DNA from: Tubulanus polymorphus
Lineage: Eukaryota; Animalia; Nemertea
Assembly (NCBI RefSeq): GCF_964204645.1
Contig: NC_134025.1
Span: 23,602,299 to 23,666,298, forward strand
DNA length: 64,000 bases
Reading direction: 5' to 3'
Shown: positions 24,401 through 37,687 of the stretch, one piece after another
How the letters are laid out: each line of letters opens with the position of its first letter
How positions within the stretch are numbered: position 1 is the first letter of the stretch
Made by a program: the position numbers and the translations under genes
The notes under the pieces: model-generated
Told to the model about the DNA's origin: nothing
Seen by the model: only the letters and a program-made list of their open reading frames with translations
Database searches by the model: none

Positions 24401-27400
24401 CTGAAATAAGAGGGGAAAATCAGGACTTGTTGTAGTATGATTTGTCAGTTGACCTGACTGATCGATTTTACTCATTTTCAATGTTATAGAAATAGTCAGC
24501 TGAATGGCTAGTATTCTATATTTTTATTGCTATTTTCAGAAGCTATGGTTGGTGTCGGGGGATCTGCTGTATCTAGTACACAATCATCAAAATGCATCAA
24601 CTCTACCCAAGCACCAGATACTCTTCGACAGATTTATACTAGTCAATACCATTCTGAGTTAACGGCTCCCTACCGACCAGATCATTGTAACTATCGGCAA
24701 CTATTGTGGCAGACGATGCACCTATTTTCAGATGTTTGTGAAGCGAAATCACGTGACCTAGTACCTCTACTAGTTCGATTTTTGCAGTGAGTATTCGCTC
24801 TAAGCTTTTTGCTGACGCGATTTTTCTTGCGTGGTGAGATTTAGTGAAATACGTGAATTGACCTAATCACTTACAGAAATGAGTTCTACAGCGCTGACCA
24901 CAACAGTGCTCCGACGCAAGATTTAACCCGAAAGGTTGCTTCAGATATGGAATCGTCCGAGAAAAAAACTGACGAATGTATGGAGACTGAGAAGGATGTA
25001 AGTTTTGCAATGGAAGATCAGGAAGAAACAGAGGAGGAAAAAGAAGATGTGAAAACAAAAAGAAGTCGTAAAATGGTGATAAAGTAAGTTTTTGTCCGTG
25101 ATATAATCTGGATGACTGGTACCATAGTAGAAAAATGAATATGCCCAAAGCCTCCCTGTTCATTTAGATAATATCATTTTCTCTTATTAGGTTAATGATT
25201 GCCAAGTTACGACTGCTTGCTAAATTTCACAGTCCTTTATCAGTTTATTTGGAACCGAAATTAAAGGAGCTTTATTTTGAAGTGAGTAGTTGATACCAAG
25301 AATGTAAGAATCTACGTGATGAAACTTTCTGACACTTCATAACAATTTATATCCCTCCTTTTGTAGCTATTAGCCCATAGAAATTGTGAATTACAGAAGG
25401 TTGCGTTTGATTGTATTATGACATACAAGTACAAATACTTGATGCCATACAAGTGAGTGGGCGTCTGATTTTTTGTTCCTTTTCCAGTTTACAGAGTTCT
25501 GTCATATGAAAAGATTTTTAATTCCAGAGAAAACTTCATGCGGTTATTCGATGACAGGAGGTTCAAGACTGAAATTGTCATGTTCAGCATCGACAGTGAA
25601 AGCAATGTAATTCTTGAAGAACATCGAGAGGAACTTCTTCCAGTTCTGATGAGGTAAACTTCCGAAATATACAATTGAACTTCTAATGTGCAACGTTTTA
25701 TGTTCAATTTCATGTAAATTCATTTCGATATTCAGGATCTTATACGGAAAGATGCATAGCAAAACTGGAAAAGACACATCAGGGAAGAGTAACTCCACCT
25801 ATAGAAAGAGTATCGTGTTTAGATTCTTAGCTGGCTGTCGACAGAAGGAATTGAAAGTGTTCATTGATCTTATCTTCGGACCATTTCAGAAATTTACTGT
25901 TGGTTAGTATTGAAAAAGTTAAGTCCAATCTGAAGGTTTTATCTTTTCTTCCCACTTTTACGTATTGCCTAATGTGTTGTCTTTCATTCGCAGGTGATGT
26001 ATCTACTGTGATCTCTGAACTTGTTGATAATCTTGATCTAGAAAAGATGATCCCCATCAGAAGGCAACAGAGGTATGTTGATGCAAATCGTTTTTCTCTC
26101 CTTTAAATAGATCATATAAAGCGAATTTACCAATGTCACTTATATGCACCCGGATATCTATATTTCAGTATTCTTTCAACGATGGATGTTGTTTTCAAGA
26201 AGTTGGGTAATTTAATTGATGTTTACTTGCCTGATATGTTGAGGATAGTGTTGTGTTTGACGGCGATAACTCAAGCCGTTTTGGATCGACGGGTTCAGGT
26301 TAATCCCAAAGCCATAACAATGTTGAAAACTCTCAGGATGCTCGGTTTGACGCGTATTATCCAGGTTTGTCCTGCTCCGAAATCGATTTCTAAGCATTTG
26401 TATTTTAGGAAATTTATTCTGAAAATATATCTATAAATTTTAGTTCTTTGCTTCTTTTGAGACGTATAATTTCACCAAAGAAGAAATCGATGCAATATTC
26501 CAAGCAGCCATCTGGCCTCAGGTTTGTGAAAAGTTTAACAGAATATTTTATCTCGGGGTATTTGTATTGATCGATAAGTCGAAATTTATTTGAAATTTAT
26601 TCGATATTTTAGTTGAAGAGATTACCGGTCGAAGGGGTTTATCATCCGACAGCTTTACTGAAGCTTTTGAATGTTTGGAGCCGAGATCCTAGGTATGTAA
26701 GATATACCTGTATCTCAGGATTCTCAATTCAAATACTGGTTCGTGCGATCGATGTACGTTTCTTCTACGCTCGCATTCTCTCATTTAGATTCTTGCCGTT
26801 ATTGGGTAAATGCCTCGATGACGATCGAAGCGTGTACCCTGTACCGTTTATCGTGAAACTTCTCGTTATGAAGAATGTCAGCAAGACAGTGGTTCAGGTA
26901 GTAATGGAAATCGTCGAAAGTTTACTGACAACTGAAGATTTTGAAGAGACCGAAGAATTGAAAGCCATCGGCGATATCGGTTCAAGCGCGGAAGTCGCAA
27001 CGGACAGTAAGTTCTTAATGTTAATCGTCTTGATTGTTGTCGACGAAAAGAATTTTCAAATAACTTTTTGGTTTCGTGAATTTCAGTTGAAGTGAATTAC
27101 GGCAGTCGTCTGCTGCTTCCACACGTTCCAGTTGTGCTCCAGTATTTGAGCAGCGTTGTTCGTGAAATGACTTCTCAGAAACCGAAGAAATCTGCACCAA
27201 CCAGAGATCTTAATATTCTGTCGCAGTAAGTTTAATGCATTGATATGTTACCATGATTGTCAAATTTTACTTCATTGAATTTATTGATGTAAGTGTTTAC
27301 TCACCTGATATATTTTCAGTATAAGTCAATACGTAAAAGATGCCCAGCAAAGCGGTGTCATCATCAATTTGTTTTTGCCGTACCTTGCCCGTCTAGTGGT

Positions 27401-30400
27401 CAAAGATGAAGATGCAGAAGTGCACATTATTAATTCGTTAGCGAATCTGATCAAACAAGTTGATCAGCCTGTCGACTTCGTGATGTAAGTCCATCTACTG
27501 TAAAAACGATGAATATATGCTATATCTGGCTTTAAGCACTTAAATATCACGTGATTTGATTCTGTTACAGACCCGTCTCAAAACTTTTCTCGGTCATTAT
27601 CAACCGGTTGTCTCGGACTGCTTTGTGCAGTATTGTTTTGGTATGTATCGAATATTTAACATTCAGATTCACCTTGATGTCGATTGCTTTAAGTTACGGT
27701 ATTATTGTCATAATAAACGTCATTTCTCTTGTATTTTTTCATCAGTCTATTGCTGATAAGGCACCCTGGTTGAAAGAAGCAGCTGAAATTGTTGATAAGG
27801 TATGTACGATTAAGATATGTGAATTACAACTATAGATTCAACAGGTGATGCTAGATGATGTCTCCCACTTATACTTGTATCTTGATTGTGGAGCCTTTCT
27901 AGTGGAAGACATGAGTGTTGGTTATAAGATAAATGTTTTCCAAGAAAAATAAGGCTCCATTCATTTAACTGCCCTCCTCTCTCTGATGATAAGAACAGTC
28001 TAGTTGGATTGAGTGATAATGAAAATCATATTTCTTTCAGTTGAATTCATGGGATCCACGTCGCGTTGAAGAACCAGATTACAACACGAGATTAGATGCG
28101 TTCGAAACAATCAACAAGATTGTTCGCGAGATGAAAAAACTGCGCGAACATTTCATTATTCTAGTCATGCATAACTGCTCTTATTTTATGGCTAATGTAA
28201 GTTGTATCATCTTGATTACTTCTAATTCAAGAGTAAATTGCGGGTGAACGAGGTATGTCTACATGTTCATTCTCTACATCTGTCATTTTTCAGCTGGATG
28301 ACATTTCGATTAGGGCAAGCTCGTCGTTTTGTATGACGGAAATTATCAAAAAACTGTCGTCGATGTCGATAGAATCTTCGAAACGCCAAAACTTCCTCAA
28401 CAATGTATTGTTACCAGAAATTAGGTCTGGTCTGAGAATTAAAAAAGAGGTAATGATAGTTGAGTGACCATACCCTGCATCAGTATTTACAATCGTACAT
28501 TTTCTGTATATGATAATTCCTTCCGTCGTAGGCTCCTCGTCATGAATTCATCAAGATTTTAGCGTGCGCAGTAAGGTCCTTCCCTAAACACGAAGTATTC
28601 GCCGAATTGTCGCAATTGTGCGACGCCGAAGACATCGAAAAAGACTATTTCGAGAACATACAACACATTCAAATGCACAGGCGATCTCGCGCAATGAAAC
28701 GCGTCATGTATCTCCTAGCTGAAAAGTCGATCAGTCACAAGATATTGCTGGCGTACCTGATGCCTATGGCATCGGCGTATCTCCAGGATAGGACATACGC
28801 GGCGACGTCGCATTTGATCGACGCTGCCATTGAAATGGTCGCCGCGATTTGTAAACGTCTCCCGTGGAAACAGTACAATCAAATATTACGCCACTTTCTG
28901 GCACAGCTTCCGAAAAGTCTGGAAAATCAGAAAATGATCGTCCGGTAAGATGACCTCTTATTTTCATGAATTTAGAAGTGACGTATTATTGCATAACAGT
29001 TCATTAGATATGAAATATTCACTTTTGCAGGGTTTTGGTGGCTATTCTGGATTCATTCCATTTTGATCTCTCGGCTGCTCCAGAGTTGGGTCTTTCCGGA
29101 ACGAATGTAGCTCCACCGAAACAACTGGATGGTCGAGGTTAGTTTTTCCTTTGTTGAATTTTTGACCTGATTGAGCTGGTAAATGATATCCAAAACTCTT
29201 TTTATCTCGTGTAGATAATGTAGAAGATGAAGATGACGTTGAAGATGAGGAGAAAAATGAGGATTCTCACTCGGCTGTTGAGACTAAGTGTACTCCGGAC
29301 GAGGCGCTGAGGATCCATAGCGCTATAATCGGCTCAATTCTGCCGCAGTTACGTGGTATCCTTACGCAAAAAGTAAATGTTCATTTTCTCTCATTAGTCT
29401 TTGCAATTATACCGCTTAACAAAGTCTTACATTTGCATGTTCTAACAAATGATATTTTCTATAGTTGAATATTCATGATTGTAGGTCAAAGGAGATGACA
29501 TTCACAAAATGGCGGGGAGCAAGTATGCTGAAGATGCAGAGATTCTACGTGTCCCGATTGCTATAGCGATGGTGAAACTACTTCAGCAGCTTCCAAAGAG
29601 TACATTCAGAACATATTTACCAAGGTAAATGAGAGAATAAGAGGGGACGGCTCTTAACATCTGGACTGAATTATTATGTCATCTGTAACATTGTTTTTCA
29701 GTGTTCTTTTGAAAGTTTGTGAATTTTTACGATCGCGGACTATAGAAATCCGTGATACGGCACGCGATACGTTGATGAAGATTTTGAAATCGCTCGGTCC
29801 GGCATACTTCGTTACTATATTAAGTGAACTGCGAACAGCTTTAACAAGAGGTTACCAGTTGCATGTGCTTGGTTATACGGTCCATGCCCTTATGAAATCG
29901 ATCGAATCTGATTTGACATGCGGCATTCTTGATAAAACTCTCGCAAGTCTTGTACAGGTAACTATTCTAGCCGAGTAACTCGGAACTCCTCCAAACATTT
30001 CCGTTGAAAAAATAATTATTCCGATTGAAAGGTATTTCAAGAAGAACTGTACGGTGAAGTTTCGAATGAAAAGGATGTTCGCGGAATAACCGAGAAATGT
30101 CCGGAAGCTCGTAGTGTAAGGAGTTTCGATGCGTACGAGATGGTTGCTACGTATGTTGGTAAAGGCATGATCACTAAATTACTTACTCCACAGAAAGAGG
30201 TGAGTTACCGATCGGTGTTAGAGGCATGAATTGTATTAAGTCGAATCGCTTGATTTAATTTCTATCCAAATAACCTTGCTCCATCTAAATTGGAAGAATA
30301 TACAGTCATGAAATTGGAGTGCAGATTTTGAAATTATTCATATATCGTAGATACTAGATACGACTCATAATCGTAAAACAGTGCAACGTGTACATGAAGT

Positions 30401-33400
30401 CTTACAGCGTATTGGCAACGGTTTATTAGAGAATAAAGATCTTCCGGTTGATTCGCTATGTATGCTTGCTCACGGTCTCATTATGGAATCTCTGCCATTG
30501 ATGACTTCAGTTGCGAAGTAAGTGAAAATGTTCAGTTCAAGAAATGATTAACTAATGACTAGTTTTGTCAATTTTGATTACCAGGTTGTTGTAAACGTAT
30601 TTACTTCCCCTATTAGAAATATTTTTAGTTTTGAAAATGAGATTCTTTTCTGGTTATGGTAATATCCCATTTTGTCTTTTTGGTACGCATAGGGCAAAGC
30701 AAGCTGAGCCGGCACCAGTTGATCCAACTAAAAGACCGCCAAGCTCTCTCCTGATAACTCATGCTGCACCTAGAGGTGGAATCAAACCTAAACATAATAC
30801 AAAAACAAACATGCACATTGTGGTGGAATTTGGATTACAGGTAACGATTAATCATTGCTTGCTTACATGAATTTCAGTTAAATATGCCACATCTAACCTG
30901 AGACCTGAAATAAGATTTGTGACTTTAAGAAAATCAATGTATCCGATAATGTATCCACAGGTGTTGTATATGCTGCTGAAAAGAGGCCGTTTGATTGCTT
31001 CTCAAGGCAATAATATGGAACTACTTGACCCATTTGTTCCGATCCTTACTGACTGCTTAGAATCTAAACATATCAAAGTAGGTTGGATGTAAATGACTGT
31101 ATAATTTTCCTGCACTTTGCGAAATAAATCTTATGAAATGCTTGTGGTTATCTTTCAGATCACAACTGTTGCGTTGAGGTGTTTAGCTTGGATTATCAAA
31201 CAGCCTTTGCCTTCTGTCAAAGATTGCATCACACGAATAACAAATGCCATATTTGTGCTGCTGAAAAACTATGCCGTACCTGGCGCAGCGAAGGGTGATA
31301 ACTTTGAAATGGTTTTGATGTGTTTCAAGGTACATCCATCATCTTAGATTTCAAGAACATTTTTCCTTGAATTTTAATATTCTAAAGAACTGAAACAACA
31401 CTGTTTGTTAATGGCTTGTCGTTTATTATTAATCCTCTCTTGATCTTGGTTATTATAAAGTCCTGTTTCTAAAGATATGGCCACATTAAGTTTTTAAATC
31501 CATTGTTTGGTTTTGTTTAGGCAGTTACTGTTTTAGTGCGTGATGTTCAACACCATACAATTTCCGATGAACAACTTCAAGTATTGCTAAATTATGTTGA
31601 AGCTGATATGTATGATTTCACCAGACAATCAACTGCTTTCACTCTCTTCAAGGTACTGAAAAGCATCATTCGTAATTATGTAATTATTGATTTATTTGCT
31701 AAAGGAAATTAATAAGGTTTCCATTTTATGATTTAAGGCAATTTTGTCGCGGAAATTAACGTTGCCAGAATTGTACGAAGTGATTGAAAAAATAGAAAAG
31801 ATGTCGATAACCGATGAGTCGCCATTAGTTCGTCTGCAGTGTCGACAAGTCATCTTACAGTTCCTACTCGATTACCCGTTCACTATCAATCAGATGAAAA
31901 AACATTTGGATTTCTACGTTACGCAATTGAACTATGAACGCGAAACCGGGCGAGAGTCGGTGTTGGAGATGCTCGCGTCGATATTTATGTCGTTTCCTAA
32001 GAAACTGTTGCATAGCTATTCAGGATATTTCTTCATTCCCATGGCTGCTCAGCTGGTGAATGATGATTCGGCTAAGTGTAGGAAATTAACGGCGCTTGCT
32101 ATGAAGTCATTAATGGAAAAGGTAATGTTCAACTTTACTCAACGACGAGAGATGGAAAAGCACTAAAATAAAATCTCAGTCTCCATATCCTGTATACGGA
32201 ACAAGTGGTTAGGGTACCCCAATAACTAGTACACTTTATCTCATTTGATGTAAGACCTTTCGAGCTTACTAAAGTATAGATTCTTTGCAGATCGAAGCAT
32301 TTAAACGCGATGAACTGTTCGCTATTATCAAGCTCTGGTGGCACGATGAGAAAGTGGTTCACAGACGTCTCGCCGTTCAGTCAGTTGGACTGATGGTTGA
32401 GGTTGAGTCTGCAACATTTGAACGACGTCTGCCGGATGTTATCCCGATTATTCAGCAACAGATCGAACCAGGACGTTATTCTGAGGTATCTACCTAGACA
32501 TTTACAAGCTTTTTCAGCTACGTTTTAAACTATTGGTTGCATTGTATAAAAAATGTTGTTTTTGACGCTCAAATTTCAGACTGATACGGAAAGTGAAGCT
32601 AAAGTCATGGATCATGTTCTTTTCAACCATCTGACAACATTAGCAAAAATCCTCAAGGAATGTTACGTAATCGGCAATGCCAATCATGCAGCAGATATGG
32701 CTGTAATATGGGGTAAGTGGGCATTTTGTATCTGAACTTAGTTACTTGGATGTTTAAGTCTAAATGTAGCTTTGGAAATGATTGAATTTTATAATTGCAG
32801 ATTATGTACGTAGTCACTTACGATATTCACACACTTGGGTTCGCTTAGCTGCTGCTCAGCTATTCGGTATTCTGTTTGCCTCGCTGAAAATAGAGGACTT
32901 TAACAAATCTGATGTGTCCAGCAATGAATACATGTTTGTTGATTCCAAACTGAAGGTATGCGATGAAAATGGTCTAATGTCTAACAGACAAGTCTGAGAA
33001 ATCAAATTATCTGCTACACTATTGCAGAAATATAAGCGGATATACACTTACCTCTTACTCTTATATATACTTGCCTCTTCAGATTCGTGAGCTTACCCGA
33101 GAATTTCTCCATCAATTCAAGGGTTTCTTTGATGATGAGCTAGGTGAACAGGTAAATTGTGTTGAACATTAAACAAAAAAATTGCGTTCCACCTTGAGAA
33201 TGTTGTCGAAAAATTGCAACTAATATTTTTGTTAATGTGATGTGCTTTTAGTTAGATTCGATTACAATACAATTTTGTTTGCTAGGTCATAAAAAATCTA
33301 GTCTTCCTAGCGAAAGTTACCACTTCAGTAAATCCCGACGATCCTGTTCCTGAGAATAAGGACGACGATGAGGAGGTTGATAAGACAAAGAGAGTTCCGA

Positions 33401-34760
33401 GTCTGCGTTGGCTGATCAAAATGATGTGCAAAGAAGCTACATTTGAGGGCGCTCAGAATCAACTGACAACTGTGAAGGTAGGAATCAAATAATTATTGAC
33501 TTATTCATTATGAAGTGGTTTAACATGTTGGTTTTTCATTTGGCTTCGATTTATTTTCAGCGAACATTAGCTTTTAAATTTCTGGGTGCTATCGCCACTC
33601 AGCTGGACAAGGAGAAGCTGTCTTACTATCTGAAATTCATGTTGCCGCCAGTCTGCAGGGCCGCAACTGATAATTCATCAATTTCTGGTAAATTCTGATG
33701 AATATTGAATACTTCGAAGTTATCGGCTTTCGTGTATTTTCCAACGTCGAGAGTTGAAAGAAAGAAATAGAACTGTAAGGTTCGGTCGTTTCAGATGAAG
33801 CCCTGAAGCTGTTGGCCCAAGAAGTGCTCGAGGTGATGAAGGGAATTGTAGGTGTAGAAGCATTCACGAAAATGTACGCTACAGTTTACAAAACGATGGG
33901 CGAAAAACGTGAAGAAAGGAAGAGAAAGCGAGCAATGGATGTACGTTATTCAGCAATATACTTCACGGAAAATTTAAAATGCCTGTGTTGCCTATTCCCT
34001 TTATTAAAATCTTCAAAGCTGGGAAGAGATTTTAGAATTGCTTTTACATGGCTTATACAATTTTGGGTACTAATGAATGCTAATCACGAATGATTAACAA
34101 TTCGTAATAATTTCATTCCACTTATGGCACACTTTACCCCCCATTAAATAATGTGCAAACAGTGGATGTGGCACATTGTTTTCACAATAATTGTCGCCGA
34201 TTATTTGAAGTAGTGGATAATTATAGCATTACATCGGATTGTTGTGATGTCAGCGTAATTGTGTTCAGCTGTGACCGGAACCGATTACGGCGCATTAGCC
34301 AGTCTGGTCTTTGTGCATGGAGAGATTTACACCTGTTGAAAAAGAGCTTTGTTTTTCAATGCAAAGTCACTAAGTGTTGAGCACCAGCCGCTTCGATAAA
34401 CAATGGTTATAATCACTTAGCTCTTCAAAATTACTAATTATTTAATCCTTTGCAAAGCGAATAATTCTTCCCAATACAGTGTTTATTATTATAATTCTCT
34501 TACTTCCTCTAAAAATCTTTATGTGTGATTTATGACAGGTTTCTTAGAAGTTAGAATGTCAATACTACGTATCAATTACTGAATTTTCTTGCCTTATTTT
34601 TCTATTTCTATAGGCTATTTCAATGCCGGAGGTCGCCGCACGACGCAAGATGAAGAAGCATTTACAGAAGCAAAACTCTAAAAAACGAAAAATAGTTGAA
34701 ACGCGTACTACGAAAACTTTCAAGAAGAAAAAATTGTCCGATAAAAAGTCTGAATATTAA
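18488..34760 (+). CDS. UTP20: Small subunit processome component 20 (HEAT-repeat, DRIM), dozens of short exons
   Basis: N-terminus MRNKSSNHKEQNTFK|FQTFTDRIASINVDVIRRI. Internal motifs include LARDLQQDFYP, YIRRFAAESFGFLVRK, FLLGNLYINF, RILYGKM, NSWDPRRVEEPDYNTRLDAF, DYFENIQHIQMHRRSRA, LTRGYQLHVLGYTVH and QLNYERETGRESVLEML. Basic C-terminus ends in TAA at 34758-34760. Confidence 0.96.
21888..21962 (+). ncRNA. mir-279: miR-279-family pre-miRNA 1 (3p UGACUAGAUGCACACUCAUCGC from 21934)
   Basis: 5p arm GATGGGTGGTCATTTAGTCCCATG pairs with the 3p arm. Seed GACUAGA and ACUCAUC 3' end match miR-279. Confidence 0.9.
22080..22148 (+). ncRNA. mir-279: miR-279-family pre-miRNA 2 (3p UGACUAGAUAUACACUCAUCCC from 22122)
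   Basis: 5p arm GATGGGTGAATGTCTTGTCCATG complementary to the 3p arm, with a short loop. Confidence 0.88.
22238..22312 (+). ncRNA. mir-279: miR-279-family pre-miRNA 3 (3p UGACUAGAUGUAUACUCAUCCU from 22281)
   Basis: 5p arm GATGGGTATTCATCTAG. Extended basal stem TTACGAT/ATCGTAA. Confidence 0.88.
22356..22429 (+). ncRNA. mir-279: miR-279-family pre-miRNA 4, divergent (3p UGACUAGAAAGUUACUCAUCUA from 22401)
   Basis: 5p arm ATAGATGTGTACCTCGCTAGTCTATG pairs with the 3p arm; seed retained. Confidence 0.8.
22483..22553 (+). ncRNA. mir-279: miR-279-family pre-miRNA 5 (3p UGACUAGAUGAACACUCAUCCC from 22526)
   Basis: 5p arm GATGAATGTCTATCTAGTCCATG; basal TGCC/GGCA stem. Confidence 0.88.
22616..22684 (+). 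ncRNA. mir-279: miR-279-family pre-miRNA 6 (3p UGACUAGAUGUAUACUCAUCUC from 22659)
   Basis: 5p arm GCTGGGTTTATGTCTAGTCCATG pairs with the 3p arm. Confidence 0.87.
22730..22797 (+). ncRNA. mir-279: miR-279-family pre-miRNA 7 (3p UGACUAGAUAUACACUCAUCUC from 22771)
   Basis: 5p arm GATGAATGTTTGTCTCGTCCATG pairs with the 3p arm. Confidence 0.85.
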
Positions 34761-37518
34761 TGATTGTTTTGTAAATAGATATTTTATATCTGTATTGGAA
34801 ATTGTAAATATGAGAAAAAACTGATGGTTTATTAAATAGAGGGAATATTAAGCGAATTTAGTATCGTTGTGTTTTCAAATTCGAAAGGATCTGGTATTAT
34901 GTCAGTTTTACGGGGTACGTCTTGGAATTTATCGGGATCCACGAGATGTTCGATTTCGAGGGCGGTTGAGATGACTCTGAAACAACGCCCCAGAACTAAA
35001 TTACACAGTGCGAAGGCCACTTAACGTCGAGAATATCATCAGATTTTCAACGAGTAGCCGTAATTTGCGCCTAGCCCATCATATGTTTGTTAGATCAGTT
35101 ACAATGGTTTCCAAGTAAACGTTTCATTCTTTGACCAGTCTAGACTATCATTTCAAGTTAAGTTTTTAGTAGAAATATTTAAATTACTTGTATCCTATAT
35201 ACTGTATTGTTATCAAGTTTTAATAGTTTTGCTATTGAAAAACTTAGAAGTTATCCATATTCATATTATCTACACTAAAGAATATTCTTTGCACTTATTT
35301 CAACTGTGATAAAATGTGATATCAATTTTAAGATGAAGTAGAGTATTACAAGTTAAGTGTCTTTATGGAATGATTGTCTTCGATATATTGCACTGTTACA
35401 GTATACGAACCCCAGTATACACCCATGCTGTAGTTGGGTTCCACTCTGCTTCCATTCATTTTCATGACAAGTGAAAAACCGTAATAAAAAACGTTCCATC
35501 GATATATCGACGTTGAGGATCAGCATCTGTGAAGCAATATTGAGGGACCTTGAAATATATTCCATAAGCGCTCTAGATTTAATAGCTGATACATTTGTTT
35601 TATCTCATAGACCTAAAACTTTTGAAACTGTGAATTATGATTGACTTGAGTAGATGTCTGATCATCTTAATCGAAAACCGGTAATTCAATCATGCAGACG
35701 TTCGGTTAATTAGACTGATTGATTAGTTAGTGCGGACGATAATCGATTAATTAGGCACGACTCGGCGGCGCTAATACCAACACGCGATATATTATGTCGC
35801 GTCAATGGAAAAAACAATTCAATGAACAGTCTTTCGTTGACAAGTTGCGAAATTTACAAGCATGCAAGAATTTACAAGAACTATGCAATTTCGATGCCGC
35901 TTAGTGGGAGCTGGCGTTATTTATGGCAGAATCACCATCATACGGCTCTGGGAGCGTCAAGGGCATCGTGCTTAGAAAAATCGAATTTGTTCTTATGTCG
36001 AGTTATATCTCAACATGAAGTCATTCGCGACCAATAAAAAGTTTTGCTGATTCAATGAAGTTGAGCTAATACATTCACATGAATCAATTTATGATTCACA
36101 CATGTTTTGCCGATTCTATGTCAGATACTGTCTTTTTCAATTTAGAATTCTATTTTTCGTCGAGTCCCACTGCCGATTAGGGGAAACCATTTACGAAAGC
36201 TGATAATTCGATTCTACGTGTTGAGTTATGATCTCGTCATTAAATGAATCAATGCCGAGGTGTGATTCTCGATATAAAATCAAATTTTTTATCAATCGCA
36301 AATGATTCGACATTCATATACAATTCTATTCTTTTTCCATAAATGAGATGTCCTCATGACGCTCCGGGCAGCTATAGCATTCCCCGATTTTCCCTATTCG
36401 ATTCAGGTCGTTTGTTACCGGTCCTACGACACGGCACGGCAGATGCGGTATTTACCCGAATCCAGGCAGGCGCAATCTATTATTATCCCGCTACTCTACC
36501 TTTCACAATATTTCCCTATATTAAACAACTATGCATCTTTACTTGAGAGCGCAGAGAGAACTATTTTCAGTACCAGAAGTTAATGACCAAAAGCCATCAA
36601 ACAGTATAGGCTTACGTGTAGGTGTAACACGAAACAACGCGAGAGGAATGAAATAGAAATAGACGCATCCCTCGGTATAATTTTTGTTCGCGTTTAACGC
36701 ATAACAATTCTGGTAAAACCAGACAATGATAAAAACAGATCTTTCAAAGACGTGGAGGTTGTTGTAATGGGTACTCCTCCAAGCACAATATGGCCGAATA
36801 GAAAAATCATTAATGAAGTCTTCGTGTAGTTTACTGAACAAACATTTTGCACATGATAATATTTTTAATCATTTGTGTATTTTCTATACGAATGCAGTTA
36901 GGTACATTAGCCATTCGGTACTAATTGAGAACAGAAAATAAAAAATACTCAGATATCTATCACTAATCAAGTTATACATTCTATACATAACTGACTCTTG
37001 TATCGATAAAAACGCACTCCGAGCAGGTGCATGCAAAATATAAGTTTTACTTTTCTTTTAAGATGTAAAAAATTACTCAGTTTCAGGCACAACTCGAAAT
37101 ATCGATAAATTGTCAACTTAAATTTTGCAAATGGAGCTTTGATCCAAAGCTTCACTGCAACGATGCATTACACACAGTCATTTGAATTAAGGATCTGATT
37201 GATTAATCTGCTCACGCGCTCATAAAGACTTTCATAAGATTTTCATGCTCATTTTAACACGTGAAATGCACTGAGCTATATAGGCTGTTACACTAATCCG
37301 GGTTAATTCCGGCTTTTGATCATCGATCAGGCGTCTCAAAAACCAAAATTGTACCCAAATCCCGACACAAAACCCCGACCGTTGGCAAACTCAGACTATT
37401 GTTTGCTGTAAACAGATTAATTAGCGGTCGCTGGCGTAAACAATAGTAGATTAGCTGACTAGCGATCACCGGCTCTCCGTCGTGTGATGATCTCATAACA
37501 AAAGTGTCAAACAATCAC

Positions 37519-37570
37519 TGACCAATCACTGCTTTGGCGTGTGACCAATTTTGGTTGGCCTGTATAAATA
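37519..37570 (+). promoter_or_regulatory. Homeobox gene core promoter: two CCAAT boxes and a TATA box
   Basis: TGACCAATCA (about 37519), TGACCAATT (about 37542) and TATAAATA at 37563-37570, about 120 bp before the ATG. Confidence 0.65.
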
Positions 37571-37687
37571 CCCCGCAATCGATGGGCGTCTAATCATTCG
37601 GAGTTTTTCTCTTGGACTGTACAGAATCTTAAATCTATCTCACTGACCACCAACGTAAATCAAAAGAAGGAATATATCATTTCAAAG

